A stretch of 64,000 bases of DNA from Cyanophora paradoxa CCMP329 (GCA_004431415.1 QPMI01000138.1:1-64000); one strand, 5' to 3'; positions 12,155-25,847 are shown, counted from the stretch's first letter. The notes: a model not told the origin generated them from the letters alone. Program-made: numbers and translations.

Positions 12155-15100
12155 TCGCGGCTGACAGCAGGCGAACGTTCGTTCGTTCGGGGCGCAGGCG
12201 GGCGCGGTCGCTGCTGCAGCTCTCGGGCCGCTCGGGCTCCCGCCGGAGCCTCGCATCGGCCGGCTCCACCTCCGGGGCCCTCCTCGCGACGCCGCAGGGC
12301 GCCGACACCGACGCGGAGGGCCCGCCGGCGGACGGCGCGCCGACGTCTGCCGCCGATCGCGACCGGCACGTGCACAGCGCAAACGCGGTGCGCCCTTCTC
12401 TGAGCAGCAAACTTGAGGGGGGGCGCGCGCGTCTTTACTTAAGCCTCGCGCTCCGGTCCGCACGCGCACGTGCGCACAGTCGGTCTCGGCGGTCTCAGCG
12501 GTCTCATCGCACCTGACGGAGGACGCGGCGGACGAGGGCGGGGGCGGCGTTCGCCCCTTCGGCCGCCGCCCGCAGCTCCTCGCGGCGCGCCCCCTCCCGC
12601 CCCGCCCCGCCCCGCCCCGCTTTGTCGGCCCGAGCTCACGGTGGAGCCGGGGCGCGCGCAGATACGGGAGTTCCTCGCGAAGGCGAAGGCTGAGGAGGGC
12701 CCCGGGGTCCTCATCCTCGAGGGCGAGGCCGGCTCCGGTGCGCCCCGGCCCCGGCCCGCCCCGCCGCCGCTCCCTCTGTTGACGGGCGAGCAGGGAAGAG
12801 CGTGCTGCTCTGCGAGGCGCTGCGGCTGGCCGAGGCCGCGCGCGTCCCCGCCGTCATGGTCAGGTGAGCCCCGGGCCCCCGCCGGGCGGGGCTGCTCGCT
12901 CGGAGGGCTCGGGAGCTGACGGGGGCCCTGCGGGGCGGGGCGGGCAGCGGGGACCCTCTGGAGGCGGCCCCGCCCCTGCATGCCCTCCGCTCCGCCCTCC
13001 GCCTCGTCATCCGCGGCGGCGGCCCCCGCCCCGACCTCGTGCGGCCACTCCCCGCCCCGCCCTGCCCCGCCCCGCCCCAAACGAGCGCCCGGGCGGCAGG
13101 CGGCGCCAGACGACGAGGTCGCCCCCGCGGCGGAGCCGCCCCTGTCCGTGCGCCGCTTCGTCCCCCAGCAGCGCGCCGCCGGCAAGATCCCAAGCCTCCA
13201 GGTACCCCCCTCCTCTTCGTCCTTTCCCCCTCCTCTGAGCTCCCAGTGCGGCAGCTGCTGGATTTTGAAGAGCCGTCAGAAGAGCCGTCCCAAGCCCAAG
13301 ACCAAGCCCCTGCGCACGGCCAGGGCCGAAGCGCGCGCCCCAAGGAGACGCCGGGGGGGCCGGGGCCCGCCGCCCTCCCCGAGGAAGACGGCGCGGAGGA
13401 CGGCGTGCGGCCGGCCGAGGGGACGGCGTCAACCGGCGAGCTCGAGGGCGGGCGGAGGGCGTCAGAGGCGCCGGAGGATTTCTCCGAGTTTGCCGTGACG
13501 GCGCGCCTCAGCGCGAGCAGCTCCCGCCGGAGCTTCCAGTGGACCGTCGAGCCGGCCGCGGGCGGGGACCCCAGCGCCAGGGACGAGCTCGCCGCCGGCC
13601 GCCTGCAGTCGATCCTGCACCGCATCGACGCGCGCCTCGCCACGCCGACCAACGCGCACCTCCTCAAGGCCCTCCTCGAGGAGCCGCGCTCGAACTCCCC
13701 GCGCCCCGCCGCCTCGGGCGGCGCGGCCGCCGAGGCCGGCCCCGACGCGGACGCCATGCTGGCCTTCGCCGGGGCGCTGCTGCTAGCCGTGATGCGGCGC
13801 CTCGGGGCCGTGCTGGTCGTCGACGACGCGGCGCACCTCGACTCGGGCAGCCTGACCCTCCTCGCCTCCCTCGCCGAGGCCCCGGGCTCCTCCCTCCTCC
13901 TCGCCTGCCAGGCGGCCCCCGCCCCGGCCCCGGCCTCGAGCTCGAGCCTAGCTTCCGGCCCCCACCACCCCGGGCCGGGCACCCCGACCCCTTCGAACGC
14001 GCCAGCCCCACGCAGCCTCGAGCCCTTCCGCGGCTGCCCCCGCACCCGCGTCCTGCCCCTACCCCCGCTCTCCCCCACCGAGACCCGCGCCTTCATAGGG
14101 CACCTGGTCGGCCGCCCCGCGCTTCCCTTTACTTACCCGCCCTTCCAACTCACGCGTACCCCCAGGTGGACGTGGCCGTCGATGCGGTACCCCCCTGGCT
14201 GGCCTCGGAGCTGGCCGAGCAGTCCCGCGGGAACGCCCTCGTGATCCAGGAGATGGTGCCCTGCAGCCGCCCCTACCCCCCCAATCCTCCCACCACCCCC
14301 CAATCGCGTCGTACCCGGCAGCTGGCGCACCTGCGGGCGGAGCACGTGGTGGCTCGGATGCCCGACGGGGCCCTCGTGGTCTTCGACGAGGGCGGGGCGA
14401 CCCTGCCCTTCTCCCAGGCCCGCCCGCCCTCCCCGCCCCGCCCCCTCCGATCCCGCCCGACCCGACCCGATCCTGACGTCGAGCACGGGTGCCGCAGAGC
14501 CGGGCGGCGCTGCCGGTGCCTGTCTCGCTGGAGCGGCTCGTGGTCTCCCGCCTCGACCGCATCACGCCGGACGCGGCGCTCTGCTGCAAGCTCCTCGCCG
14601 TCCTCGGGACCCGCTTCGAGGCGCCCCTCGCCCTCGCCGCCCTCGCCGCCGACCTCGACCCCGCCACCGTCCTGCGCGCCCTCGCCGTCCGCCCCCGAGC
14701 CCCTCTCTTTTCACCGCTTCTCTCTTCTTTCCTTCCTTCTCACCGGGCCCCCCGCGAAGATCCTGGAGGCGAGCGGGGTACTCGCCCGCGACGACACGGG
14801 GAGGGGTACCCCCGAGTACCGCTTCGCGTCCGCCGCCACCGCCGGCGTCCTGTACCGGGTACCGCGCACCCCCGTTCGCCGCGGTACCCGTCTTAATTTT
14901 CGGCTCAGCTGCTGGCGGAGTCGGACCGGCGGCGCGTGCACTGGCGGGCGGCGATGGAGCTCGAGGCCCGCCCCAACGCCAGCGCCGCCGCGGTGCTTCC
15001 TGTACCCCCCCCCCCCGCACGCGCGCGCCCCTGACGTCGTACCCCGGAAGCTGGCGCACCACTGCACGCGGGCGGGGGCGGTGCTGGCGGCGGTGGGGTA

Positions 15101-17726
15101 CCTGGACCGCGCGGCCGCCGAGGCGCTGGGGGCCGGCGCCTACGCCGAGGCTCTGTACTTTTCCAAGAAGGCAAGCATTCCCGAAATTTCCCCTCCGATT
15201 TCCCCGCATTTCCCTGAGCGACCGGCCGCCGGGCGATGGGGTACCGCGCAGGCGGCGGAGCTCGCGGCGGCGAGCGCGCGCGGGGGCGGCCCCGACGCGC
15301 CCCCTCCGGGCACGGCCTGGCGCCCCTGCGCGGCTCCGGCACCGCGGCGGGGCGCGCCCTCGCCGGCACCCCCGCGGCGGCCGCCCGGCGCTACGTCGCC
15401 GCCGCCCGCGCCCTCCTCTCCCTCGGCAACCTCGCCGAGGCCGCCAGGGCGCGCCGTACCCCCCTCCGGCCCGTCCTCCGTTCCCTCCCCGAATAACCGT
15501 ACTCCCAGAGCCTGGAGGACGCCCTCGGGCTCCTCGGTATCCCCCTCGCCAAGGACGTCTCGAACCTCCTGGGAGCCGGCGGCTCGCTTTTGAAGGTGAG
15601 CCGATACCCCAGTATTCCTCCCTGTTTTCGCCTCGCCCGAGAACCGGCGCAGCTCATAATGGCGGGGCCCGCGCGTGTACCCCCCTCGGGCCGGACCGCC
15701 CCCCGCGCCGAGGACACGGCGGATGCGCTGCACAGAAAGCGCGTACCCCGTCACCCCACTTTCTGGCGCGCTAATGTACCCCCCAGGACGGCGGCGGAGG
15801 CGCTGAATCTGTACTCCCACATCCTCGTGCACCGGGGAGACGCCCTTGGATCCGCGTACTACTCCGTCCGCAACGTCCTCGTGCGCACCGCTGTACCCCC
15901 TTTCTGCTCCCGTACCCCCCGCCGAGCCGCCGGCCAGATCGCGAACCGGGACCCGGCGAGCCCGGAGTACGCCGAGGCATGCGCGTTCGTCTACAGCCTC
16001 CTGGGGGTGCGTACCCCGGTCTCCTCCCCTCCCCTCTTCCCCTCAGGCTTCTCATGTACCCCCCTCGTAGCGGATGGGCATGCTGCGCAAGGGGAAGATG
16101 TTTCTGGATAGGGCCCGCGAGATCTCCCGGCTCCCCGGCTGCGGCGGCGCCCTGGGGTACATCCTCTCCAACCAGGTGCCCCCGCACACCCCCCACGGAA
16201 CGCCGGCGCCGCATCGATTCGCGTACCCCCCGCAGGTGACGATGCTGACGCTGCTGGGGAGGCTCCAAGCGGCGGAGGAGATGGGCGTCCGCGGGGCCGT
16301 CGAGGTCCGCCGCCCCCCCCCCTCCTCTGGGCCGCGCCGTACCCCCGCTTTCTTTCCCCCCCCCCTGATTGGCCTCCGCGGCAGCTTGCGTCGGCGGGGG
16401 ACCTGCGGGCGGCGTTCGAGGCGTCGATGAACCACGCGGCGGCGGCCGTCTTCCGCGGCCGCTTCTCCGCCGCCGACGAGGCCTGCCTCACCGTCGTGCG
16501 TACCCCCGCCCTGCCTCCCCCCCCTCTTTCTCCCCCCATCGAGCTGGACCGCTCCCCTCAGATCGAAGACTCGCGTATGGGAGCGAACCACGTGCGCGCC
16601 CCGCGCCCGCCGCAGCGCCTCGCGGTCCCCGCGCCCCTCTCACGCGCCCGGGGCGGGGCGGGCGCGTGCGCAGCTGCGGCTGCACTGGAGCCTCGTCTCG
16701 TGGGCCTTCAGCTGCATCCTCCGCGGCTGGCCCCGCCCCGGCGGCTCGCCCCCCGGTGGCCTCTCCGTGCACTCCCCGGAGCCCCGGTACAGCCTCGCCG
16801 ACGTCCAGCGCGCGGTACCCCTCCCCGCCCCACTTCCCCCCCCGCCTCTTTTCACGTACCCCGTCGCAGGTGGAGGAGGCGCGGCGGCTCCCGCTGGACC
16901 CGAGCGCGGCGATGGACCGCATGGTCTCCGCCGCCGCCGCCGCCTGCGTCGCCGCCCTCGCCGCCCGCCCCGCCGTGCCCGCCTTCGCCCCCCCCCTCCC
17001 CCCCCCCCCCCGACCATCCCTTCGTTCGCAGGAGGCGATCGGGGCGGCGCTGGAGAGCCTGCGCTGGCTCGAGCGGCACCGCCGCGTCCGCCTCGCCGGC
17101 CGCGTCCTCGTCTACCAGGTCCGCCCCCTCGCGCCTGGTTTTCATTTAATCCTGTTAGCTTCTATTCTATTCATGGCTGGTCGACCCCCCTTGATTCTAA
17201 AGCTCCTATGCTTCCAAGCTCGCGCCTGATTTCATATTAATCCTGTTAGCTTAGCGGCTTTCCATCGCTGACGCCGCGCCCGCGCCCGCGGGGGCATGCG
17301 CAGCTGGTGCTGCTGCCGCTGTTCCTGCTCGGGGACGTGCTGGCGAGCCTGCTGCGGGAGCCGGAGGCCATCGAGCCGACGACGCGCGCCGCCCTTTGGG
17401 AGGGCCTCCGCTCCGTCGTGCACGCCCTCGAGGCTGGCGAGCGGCCGTACCCCCTCGTCCGCGCCGCCGCCCTCCTCCAGCGCGGCCGCTGGCACGCCCT
17501 CTGCGGCGCCTGCGCCAAGGCCGCGCGCTGCTGGCGCGAGGCGGCGCGCCTCTCCGCGGCGATGGGCGCCGCCTACTTCGAGGCGCGGGCGTACGCGCAC
17601 CTCGCGGCCTGCCCCTCCTGCGACGAGCGGGAGCGGCGCATGGCGCTGGGGCACGCCTCCTGGCTCCTGGGCTCCATGAGCGCCCACCCGCCCGCCCTCG
17701 CCGACGCCCCGCCGCCCTGCCCCTGA
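9410..17726 (+). CDS. Soluble adenylyl cyclase ADCY10-like: two class III cyclase domains, STAND/AAA NTPase and helical/TPR region, many introns
   Basis: C1: AVLLADIVGF, GAELLSRRLN, DVLRFLGDAV. C2: FLTELRLITVAF, FFRDDKG, ADDPLRA, VGLATGRVFCGLVG, CDYTVLGDSVNLAARLM. Walker A GEAGSGKS, Walker B LVVDDAAHLD, and SRGNALVIQEM. Confidence 0.9.
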
Positions 17727-19043
17727 CCCCTGCACCTCTCTTCCCTCCCCCCGGGGCGGCGCGGCGTGGCGCGGCACCTCTCTTCCCCCCCCCCCCCTGT
17801 TTGCTATCTGATCGCGTCCAGTTTGCGTATACGCACGTATATACGTAGATGCTCACAGCTGCCAGGCTTAGCTTGCGATATTCGTTTGCATTGTATGCCG
17901 TAGTACAATCTCTTTCATTTCCTCGTAACTTCGAATATTCTCCGTTTTATTTCCCTATCGTTTCACCTGTCCTTCGTCTGGCTCTCTTTCTTCGCATATT
18001 CAATGATGATTATCGCTGAGCACTTGCGCACCTCGGATCGACAGAGTCGTCAGTTATTGAATATATATAGTTCCTTTCTTTCTTTTTTGAGGCACTTTCT
18101 TTACAGATTCCTTGATATGTAATTGGTTTCTTTGGAGACCCCTTCGATGATGGATGATGGATGATGATGCATATGGATGCTTAGCTTAGCCGAGCTTAGC
18201 TTGGATGATGTTCGCCGAGCTTAGCTAGGATTATGTTTTGCTCTTTGCATGTGGGCTCAATCAAGCTTAAGCTTAAGATGCAAACGAGTCATGGACCTCG
18301 TGTCATGCATGCGATCAGGGTGTCGACTCTATGACTTTCTACGACGTGCACGCCTCGGGGTGTGATCAGGGTGTGATGGCGACGTCGACGTGCCACGCGC
18401 ACGCGTACGGTGCATTGCGCATGCCCTCCAACAAACTTCCGGCCGCGGAAACTATTTATTCATGGCTTTCCTACACACACCGTCGCAGTGGGACCGGTAT
18501 ATATCTGGGAAGTGCGTGATTAAAAAATTAACCCCGCGATCATGACCCGACGTCGACCGGCCGATATAATTTGAGAGCTGTATACACTGAACTTGATCTT
18601 TTTGACAATCACCGGTCACGATCAAATGCGCTGCGGCACTCAAGCTGGAATATATACACACTTAAGCAAGTGTGTCGTGATAAATGTTAACCACTAATCT
18701 ATGGGCGCAACAAAGTAAGTGATGCGATAAATATATTTGAGCTTGAAAAAAGTGAAACACTGTTGCGATTGGGCTGTAGAAAAAGTACAACTCTTGCTGC
18801 GCATGCGTGTCCGTGTATAAAATATCCACGCGAAACAAATTCTAATGCAGAGAGCGAGCACTATAACTCCAAATCATGATCACGAGTTTGAACGGACTCG
18901 AAGGGGCAGGGGCATTCAAATGGCAGGAAAGGGAAGTTCGCGCAGGGAGCCGTTCGGCTCGCGAACGCTCGCGAATCGAGGGGAGCATATACGTACAGCT
19001 GCGGGGCTGCAGCGGGTCTGGTCTAAATAAATCCAGGCAGGAG

Positions 19044-22000
19044 CTAATACTGGCAGGAAACGGGCCCGAGGTTGAGCCAGGGGCCCGCCATCTCGCGGTT
19101 GGCGAAGCGGAGAGGCAGGCCCCCGGGCAGCGGGTTCACCACCTGAGGCGGCGGCGGCGCGTGAAGAGCAGAAATCGGGCGGGAAGGGTGGCCGGGACGG
19201 GCTCGCCCGCATGGCAAGGGTGTAGTCGCCGGGGCGGACGAGGCCCGAGGGCGGCGGGAGCGCCGCCGCGAAGGTCGCCGACGCCGACGGTGGCACCACC
19301 CGGATCTGAGGGAGGGAGGGAAATTGAGCTGAAATTCAGGGGCGGGCGGAAGGTGTCCCAGGGCGCACGTCCCAGTCGACGCGCCAGGTGTAGGCGACGA
19401 AGCCGGCCGCCGTCCGCAGCGCCACCTCCACGTCCCACCTGCGAATACGAATCCGGGGGCGTGAGCCCGCCGCAAAAATAGCGCGAAATTCAGGGACGTC
19501 AGATTCGAGCCAATCGCAAATTAAAGGGACCTGTAGTAGAAGGGAGCGATCTGCAGAAACGAAATATATGTTCTTCAAAGGATCGGAGAAGCGTCTGGAT
19601 CGGAGAGGATCGGAGGGCGGGGCGGGGGCGCACGCCGCGGTTCTGGACGTCGACGGAGACAACGGCGGCCGCGCCGTCGCGGAAGACGGCGGGGTACGTC
19701 GCCGCCGCGACGTGCAGCTCGTACCCCATCCGCCGGCTCGCCGCGTTCACCCGCGGAATCTGCGCATTCCCGTCGATCGAATTCGAATTCGAAGTCAGCT
19801 CAAGCATCTTCAGATCCGGGGCCGGGCGGCTCTGGGCGGACGGCGGAGCGGGGGAAGAAGCCGTTGGGCTCGAAGGCCTTCGCGAGGATCATCCACGAGA
19901 CCCGCGTCGCGTTGATGCACCTGCCGCCCCCGGAGAGACGCGGCTCGACTCTCCATCGCAAATGGGTGGCCATATGCATGGGCCGGGGGCGCACTGGTCG
20001 AGGGACCAGCGGCCGTTGCCGGGCGGCTCGACTGCAAAGAGCGTCTGCTGCAGCTCCGGGAACACCTGCCGACCGGCCACGGCGCCTCAGGCGGGGCCCG
20101 AATCCACGCGAGCGCGGGCACTTGCGCGCCTCGCCGCCGATCTGCTGGGTCTGCCAGCGGGTCATGGCGCCGGCGGCGCGCATGAGGGAGAGGAACGTCT
20201 TGTCCCCGTCCCCCTCCATCGTCTCGTGCACTGCACATCACGTCCGACTCAATTTCGCGACGATTTAATTTTTCGCGGCGCGGCGCGAAATTCGAAGAAG
20301 CGGACCAAAGGCGTCGTCGTGGAAGCCGAGGGGCAGGGAGGCGGGGACGCTCCCGGGGTACCGCGCCACCAGCCGCGTCCGCGGGAAGGCCTTCCCCGTG
20401 GGAAGGCACGCGCGGTCAGACGCGACGTCGACCGCAAAGCTTCTAGACCCGGCGGACCAGAGCGTCTAAACGTTTTATGCCGAATAATCATCTCCGAAAG
20501 AAACTTAGTAAAACTGAAGCTGCACGTGCTTTCTAAAAGGCAGGCTTTAATCAGTAGCTGATTATTGCCGGAATGTAGTATATTGTGTTGCCTAATAGTT
20601 TATATTGTATTAGGGGGCACCTTGACGTAGGCGTCGGCGATGCGGTCCTTGAGGCGCTGCGGGATGGCGATCTCCGTCGGGAACTGCACGCCCCGCCCCG
20701 CACGCCCCGCGCGCCCCCGCGTCGGACGCAGAAAACGTGGAGCGCTCTAGATCTACCCCCCAGGTCTTACACGCACCGTGTGCCACTCGCCCCAGAAGCC
20801 TGCGCGGGTGTTTGCATTAGTATCGCATTAATTAAATTAATTTCAACTTTCAACTTAATTTTCAACGGGGGCGAAGCGGGGGCGAAGGCGGGGGCACCGA
20901 GGAGGCCGAGCATGATGGAGGCGATGCGGGGGTCCCCGTCGTGCACCGCGCCCCACGCCGCGACGAAGTCCACCAGCGCGCCCTTTATAAGGGAAATGAG
21001 ATGAACCAGAGGCGGGGCGCAATGTTAGATAACCATGTGAGAAACCAGAGGGCGGGGGGGCCTTTATATGGAAAAGAGATAAACCAGAGGCGGGGGGCAA
21101 TGTTAGATCTTGATATTCACATTAGAACGTTATTAGAACGTTAAGTCCAGCAGCGCGCCCTTTATATATACGGAAAAAGAGATAAACGAAACGAGGGAAT
21201 TTACTCTAGATCTTAATTATAAGTGGTCGCACCTCGAGGAGGGGGCTGGTGTAGTCGGGGCTGGCGCCGCCGCCGTACGCGCCGTAGGCGGTCGTCTTGA
21301 GGCCGGCCGCCGTGAGGTGCGCGGGGATCGCCGAGGGGCGCCCGGGGTAGTCCATGTACAGCCGCACGAGGCTCTGCGGGGGGAAAGCGAGCAGCGGGGG
21401 GCGCGCGAGCGCGAGGCGGGACGGGGCATCAGCGCTGGCGCGCGACGGCCAAAAAAGGCCCTATTCCGACGTTTATGGAACCTGGTGGCCGCGGGCGGCG
21501 ACGTCGTTGAGCTTGGAGTCGAGGGCGTCCCAGTCGTACGTCCGCGGGCCCACGATGACCAGCGAGAGCGGCACTGCGCGGGAGGTCGGCGGCGGCGGCG
21601 TGCGCAGCGTGCAATTCCAAAATCAAATTGTGCGGGCCGCGGGAGATTAGATAGAGCCGGAGCCTCAATTTAAACGCTCAAGAGCATATCAAGGCCTAGG
21701 TTCGAATTCTTTCTACATCATGATCATCTAATACTAATGCGCTCTTGATATTTAGTCATTTAGTACTGGCAAGGGAATAATATTCAAAGCTTATGATTAA
21801 TTATAAGCTCAAATGCAAGCGCATGCACGCACCGTAGACAAACTCGAGGGAGAGGTCGGCGCCGGGCATGTAGCCGCGCGAGGAGGAGCCCGGCTCCCAG
21901 AACGCCGCGAACCCTACCCCATGCATATGGTCAGCCGGCAGGAAGATACCAGCCAGAGAGCAGTCAGCGTTGATCACATGTACGAAGGACGGGCTATAGC

Positions 22001-23530
22001 TAGGCGCACCTTTCAAGGGGTTGGGCCCAGCGACGGGGGCGTAGGCGAGGGGCGTCCGGGGCGGCGGCGGGGGGGGCGCCGCGGCAGCGGAGGCGACGAC
22101 GGCCGCCGCCGCCGCCTGCTCCGTCAGAGCGAAGCCGAAGCTGAAGTGCTTCGTGAGGTCCTCCATGCCCCCGTCCCACGCTGCGAAATTATCGCAGCGC
22201 CTCAGATTCGCGCGCGAAACGCCGCGAAATTGCAAACGACGAGGGCTTCAAATTTTCGCACTGCGGGCGAGGACGAAGTAGCGGTGGCCGGCGGCGACGG
22301 CGACGGCGGCGGAGCACGAGGCGACGCCGCACTCCATCGTGGCGCACCCGCGCGCCCGGCCGCCCGCGCCGGCCGGGGCCTGCGCATGCGGCGCCTCGGG
22401 CTCGGACTCGAGGAGCCAGAGGCTGAGGTCGCGATCCGTCGCGTTGGAGGAGCGGCACGCGCGGATCACCAGCACCCTGCAAAGCAACGTAAGCTCTAAT
22501 TGAAGCTATATGTACTCTGTTTAATTATAAGGCGGTTCTAGAGTATAAATTCTAGCGCTAGCGCGGTCTTGCGCGCACCCGCTGGTCTCGGGGCGGAAGA
22601 CGGTGATGACCTGGGAGCCCGGGGCCTTCGCGCCGGCGGCGAGCGCCGGGGCGCGGGGGCAGGAGTCCGGCGCCGTGATGCCGGCGAGGGTCGGCGAGGT
22701 GGAGCAGGGCGGGCGCGGCTTGGGGCGCGTGGCGTCCGGGCGGAGCGCCGAGCGGAGGGAGACGAAGGAGGGGAGGTAGACGCCGTAGACGTGGAGGTAG
22801 AGGCGCTCCCGCGCGTCCTTTAGGTCCTCCGCCGTGTACGCGGTACCGTCAGCGGGCTGCGATGGCTCAGGCTGCGGCGCAGAGGGCGCCTGCAGGAGCG
22901 CGCGCGACAGCCGGCCATAGCTAGCGCCTTCTACGGCCGCGGGCGATTTGGCTACGGGCTCGCTATCGGCGAAGCCGACGGCCGCGGGCGCGGGCGGAGC
23001 CGGCAGCGAGAGCGGCGGCAGCGGGCCTAGGGCTCGCCCGCGCGGGTCCGAGTGGTCTGCAGCACAGGGCATCAGCGTACGCGATGGGAATGTGAGCCAG
23101 GCGCCCAGGCACGCACCGGACGGCGCGCTCTCGTTCGAGATCGAAGGCGCGCGCATGCTGGCGAACGGGGCTGGCTCCAGCAGCGCATCGTTTTCGCGGC
23201 GCGAATCTGCATTCGCATTAATATTCGCTTTCGCGCACGCGTTGACATTAGCGAGAGGAGTGGCTACGGCCAGCAAACGCGCTAAGTGACAGCTGAGCGT
23301 TCTCCCCGCGGCTATGTAGCGGAGCGAATTTCGCGAGCAAAAAACGCGCATTTACATCAAAGCTAAGCATTCTGAGCATTCTGGAACTCACCAGAAGCGT
23401 CCAGCCCGTCAAGCGCGGACGCGTACGCGCTCTCGGCGGGTTGACCGGCCGCGGACGCGCCCGGAGAGCCCAGCGCGCACGCGCAGCCGACGACGAACAG
23501 GCCGAGAAGAAGGCCGAAGGGACGACGCAT
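19044..23530 (-). CDS. Secreted DUF4832/DUF4874-type glycoside-hydrolase-like (TIM barrel) protein, multi-exon
   Basis: Signal peptide MRRPFGLLLGLFVVGCACALG at 23530; GPNPLKGF, LEFVYVPLS..YDWDALDSKLNDVAARGHQSLVRLYMDYPG, HDGDPRIASIMLGLLGFWGEWHT, GFHDD, IGGE.RPELQ, RRMGYEL, VQNRGV, VVNPLPGGLPLRFAN. Confidence 0.75.
20965..21190. repeat. Degenerate tandem repeat in an intron of the DUF4832-like gene
   Basis: Repeated cagcgcgccctttata..ggaaa.gagat.aaccagaggcgggg..caatgttagat units. Confidence 0.7.
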
Positions 23531-24169
23531 GGCGCTGAGGCTGCGCGCGCGGCCGCGCGAAAACGCAAGGCAGGCGAATCCGACGAACGAATGACTAACC
23601 GACGCGGCGGTTCGTCAAGTCGCTCAAGGGGATTTTAGAGGGGGTGGGGGGGGGGGGGGGGGGGGGGGGGTTCGAATCGTAGAGATCGAGATCATGATCA
23701 AGAGGGGATATATCATATATAGATATATACTGACCGCGTACGTATCGTGGACAGAGAGTTCGAGGAGAAATTTATAGACAGAGAGATCGAGGAGGAATTC
23801 GAACTTAGATTTTTCGGTTGGCCAGCTATAGACTCGGGATGATAGACACTAGTAATTTAGTATACGTAGTAAATAATGGACTTACTATTCCAGTATACGT
23901 ATACGGTCCAGTACCCTCGTATACGTACCAGTAATATAGGTCCAGTATACGTATACGAACTAGCTATAGCTAGTCGCTTGTCGATTTTGGCTTTTTGGCT
24001 CTTTGTCTTATCTTTCTTCGTGCTCTTGTCTTAGTTATTTTGCTTTTTTGTCTTTATGCCCCCTGGGCAGCCCCCGCAGTGCTGGTGTCTAGAGACTGTG
24101 GCCGGTAATTCACCAAAAAAAAATAGAGAGTCGCACTAAATTTAAAATTAAACTGCAGACACAGACACA

Positions 24170-25640
24170 GGGACTCCCGGGACAGGCTGCCAGGCTGCAG
24201 GCTGCCATGCACTGGCATATGCATATGCATATGCATGCAGTGCACTGTGCAGTGTGCACGTGCCACGGTGCCATCACTGCCCATCAGTGGGATTCAGTGC
24301 CCGTGGCCATCATGGCATGCAGCCTCAGGGCCTGCAGGCTGCAGGCTGCAGCCTGCAGGCCACGGTGGCACGGGCGGCGGGCCAGGCTGGCAGCTGCAGG
24401 CCCTGAGGCTGTACTGCCGCAGCACTGGCAGCTTAGGGCCTACCGGTAGGCCTGTAGCCTGCAGGCTGCCGCAGTGCACTGCGGCAGGCTGCATGCCGCA
24501 GGCCCGCAGTGCGCAGGCTGCAGCCGGACGCCGGCCCGGCGCCGGCCGCAGCCTGCAGGCTGCAGCCCGGCTGGCGGCCCAGTGGCGGGCCGCCCAGCTG
24601 CAGCGAGCGCGGCCGGCTCAGCCCGGCTAGCGCTGGCGGGCCGCGGGCCCGCGGCCCGCGGGCGGCCGCGCCGACGTGGCGCCGCGGCCGGCGTGCGGCC
24701 GCGTGCCGCTGGCCATGGCGCGCGCGGCACGTGCACGGTGCACGGCGAGTCGGCGACTCGGCGTCGACTCGCGCCGCGGCGCGCGCGCGGCGATCGGCGA
24801 CCGTCCGAGGACGGTCGGCCGCCGGGGGCCGGGGCCGCCGGCGCCGGCGGCGCCGGCGCCGCGCGCGGCACCGCAGGCGGCGCGCGCCAGGCGCGCATCA
24901 TGGCATGCATATATATGCATATGGGCCATGCATTATGATGCATATATATGGCCCATGGGCGACTCCAGGGCGAGCCGCCGGCGAGCCATGAATCGCGACG
25001 ATCCAATCATGATCATTGTCCCCGGTCCCGATTCATCGATTTTTCATAATCGATATCCGTCAGATATCGATCCGATCCGATTCACGTCCCCGTCACATTG
25101 TTTTTCCAATTTTTATCAAGCACGTGCACGCCAGCGACCGTTCATCATGATACGCGTCACCGTCAGCAAAGATTCGCGATCGTCGGACGGCGGACGCGTC
25201 GATCGCGACGGTCCCGGGCCCCCGGCCCTCCCGGCGGCGGCCGGGCGGCCCGCCGGGCCGGGGCCGGCGGCGGGCCCGGGGACCCGGGGGCCGGGACTCC
25301 GGGACTCTGCCGGGCCCGGGGAGGCGACTCTTCATCATCATGGCCCAGTGGGCCTCATGGCAATGATGGCATGTGTGATCATCATGGCATGACAGTGTAC
25401 TACTAGGCTACCGGTACTGACAGACAGTGACAGTACCGTGCGGTACGTACTGCATATATATATACATACTTACCGGTACTCGCCAGGCTGTGCAGGCTGC
25501 AGCAGCAGCTGTACAGCCTGTAAATTGGCTGTAATACGGTACAACCGGCCCGGCGGGTACGGTGCCGATATACTCCCAGTATATATATATACGCACGCGC
25601 CGCGCGCACGTACCGGTATACGGTATACCGTAGTACTCTT
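24170..25640. repeat. Non-coding low-complexity region built from short palindromic words
   Basis: Successive blocks dense in CTGCAG/TGCA, CGCG/GGCC, ATGCAT, GATC/TCGA, CCGG, CATG and GTAC/ACCGGT/TATA. No credible protein is encoded. Confidence 0.6.
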
Positions 25641-25847
25641 TGGCAACTTTTTGGCAACTTCGTCGTTCTTGTTCACTCATACTTGTTGCAATTGCGACTG
25701 CGTCAGTCTTCAAAGGTCTAGGCTTCAACTTGGCAAGGGCTTAAAGCTTGGGCGGAAGTTTAGCTCCTTCAAAGCTTACCGTGCTTGTATCCGCAGCCGC
25801 TGAGCGCTAGGCGCTGCGGCACCGCACGCGTATACGCATCAAAGTGC

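Noticed and set aside
23640-23670. Long G run (also C run at about 2425-2450, G run at about 36894-36921, (GCC)n at about 12118-12151)
   Set aside because: Simple repeats of unreliable length with no evidence of function.
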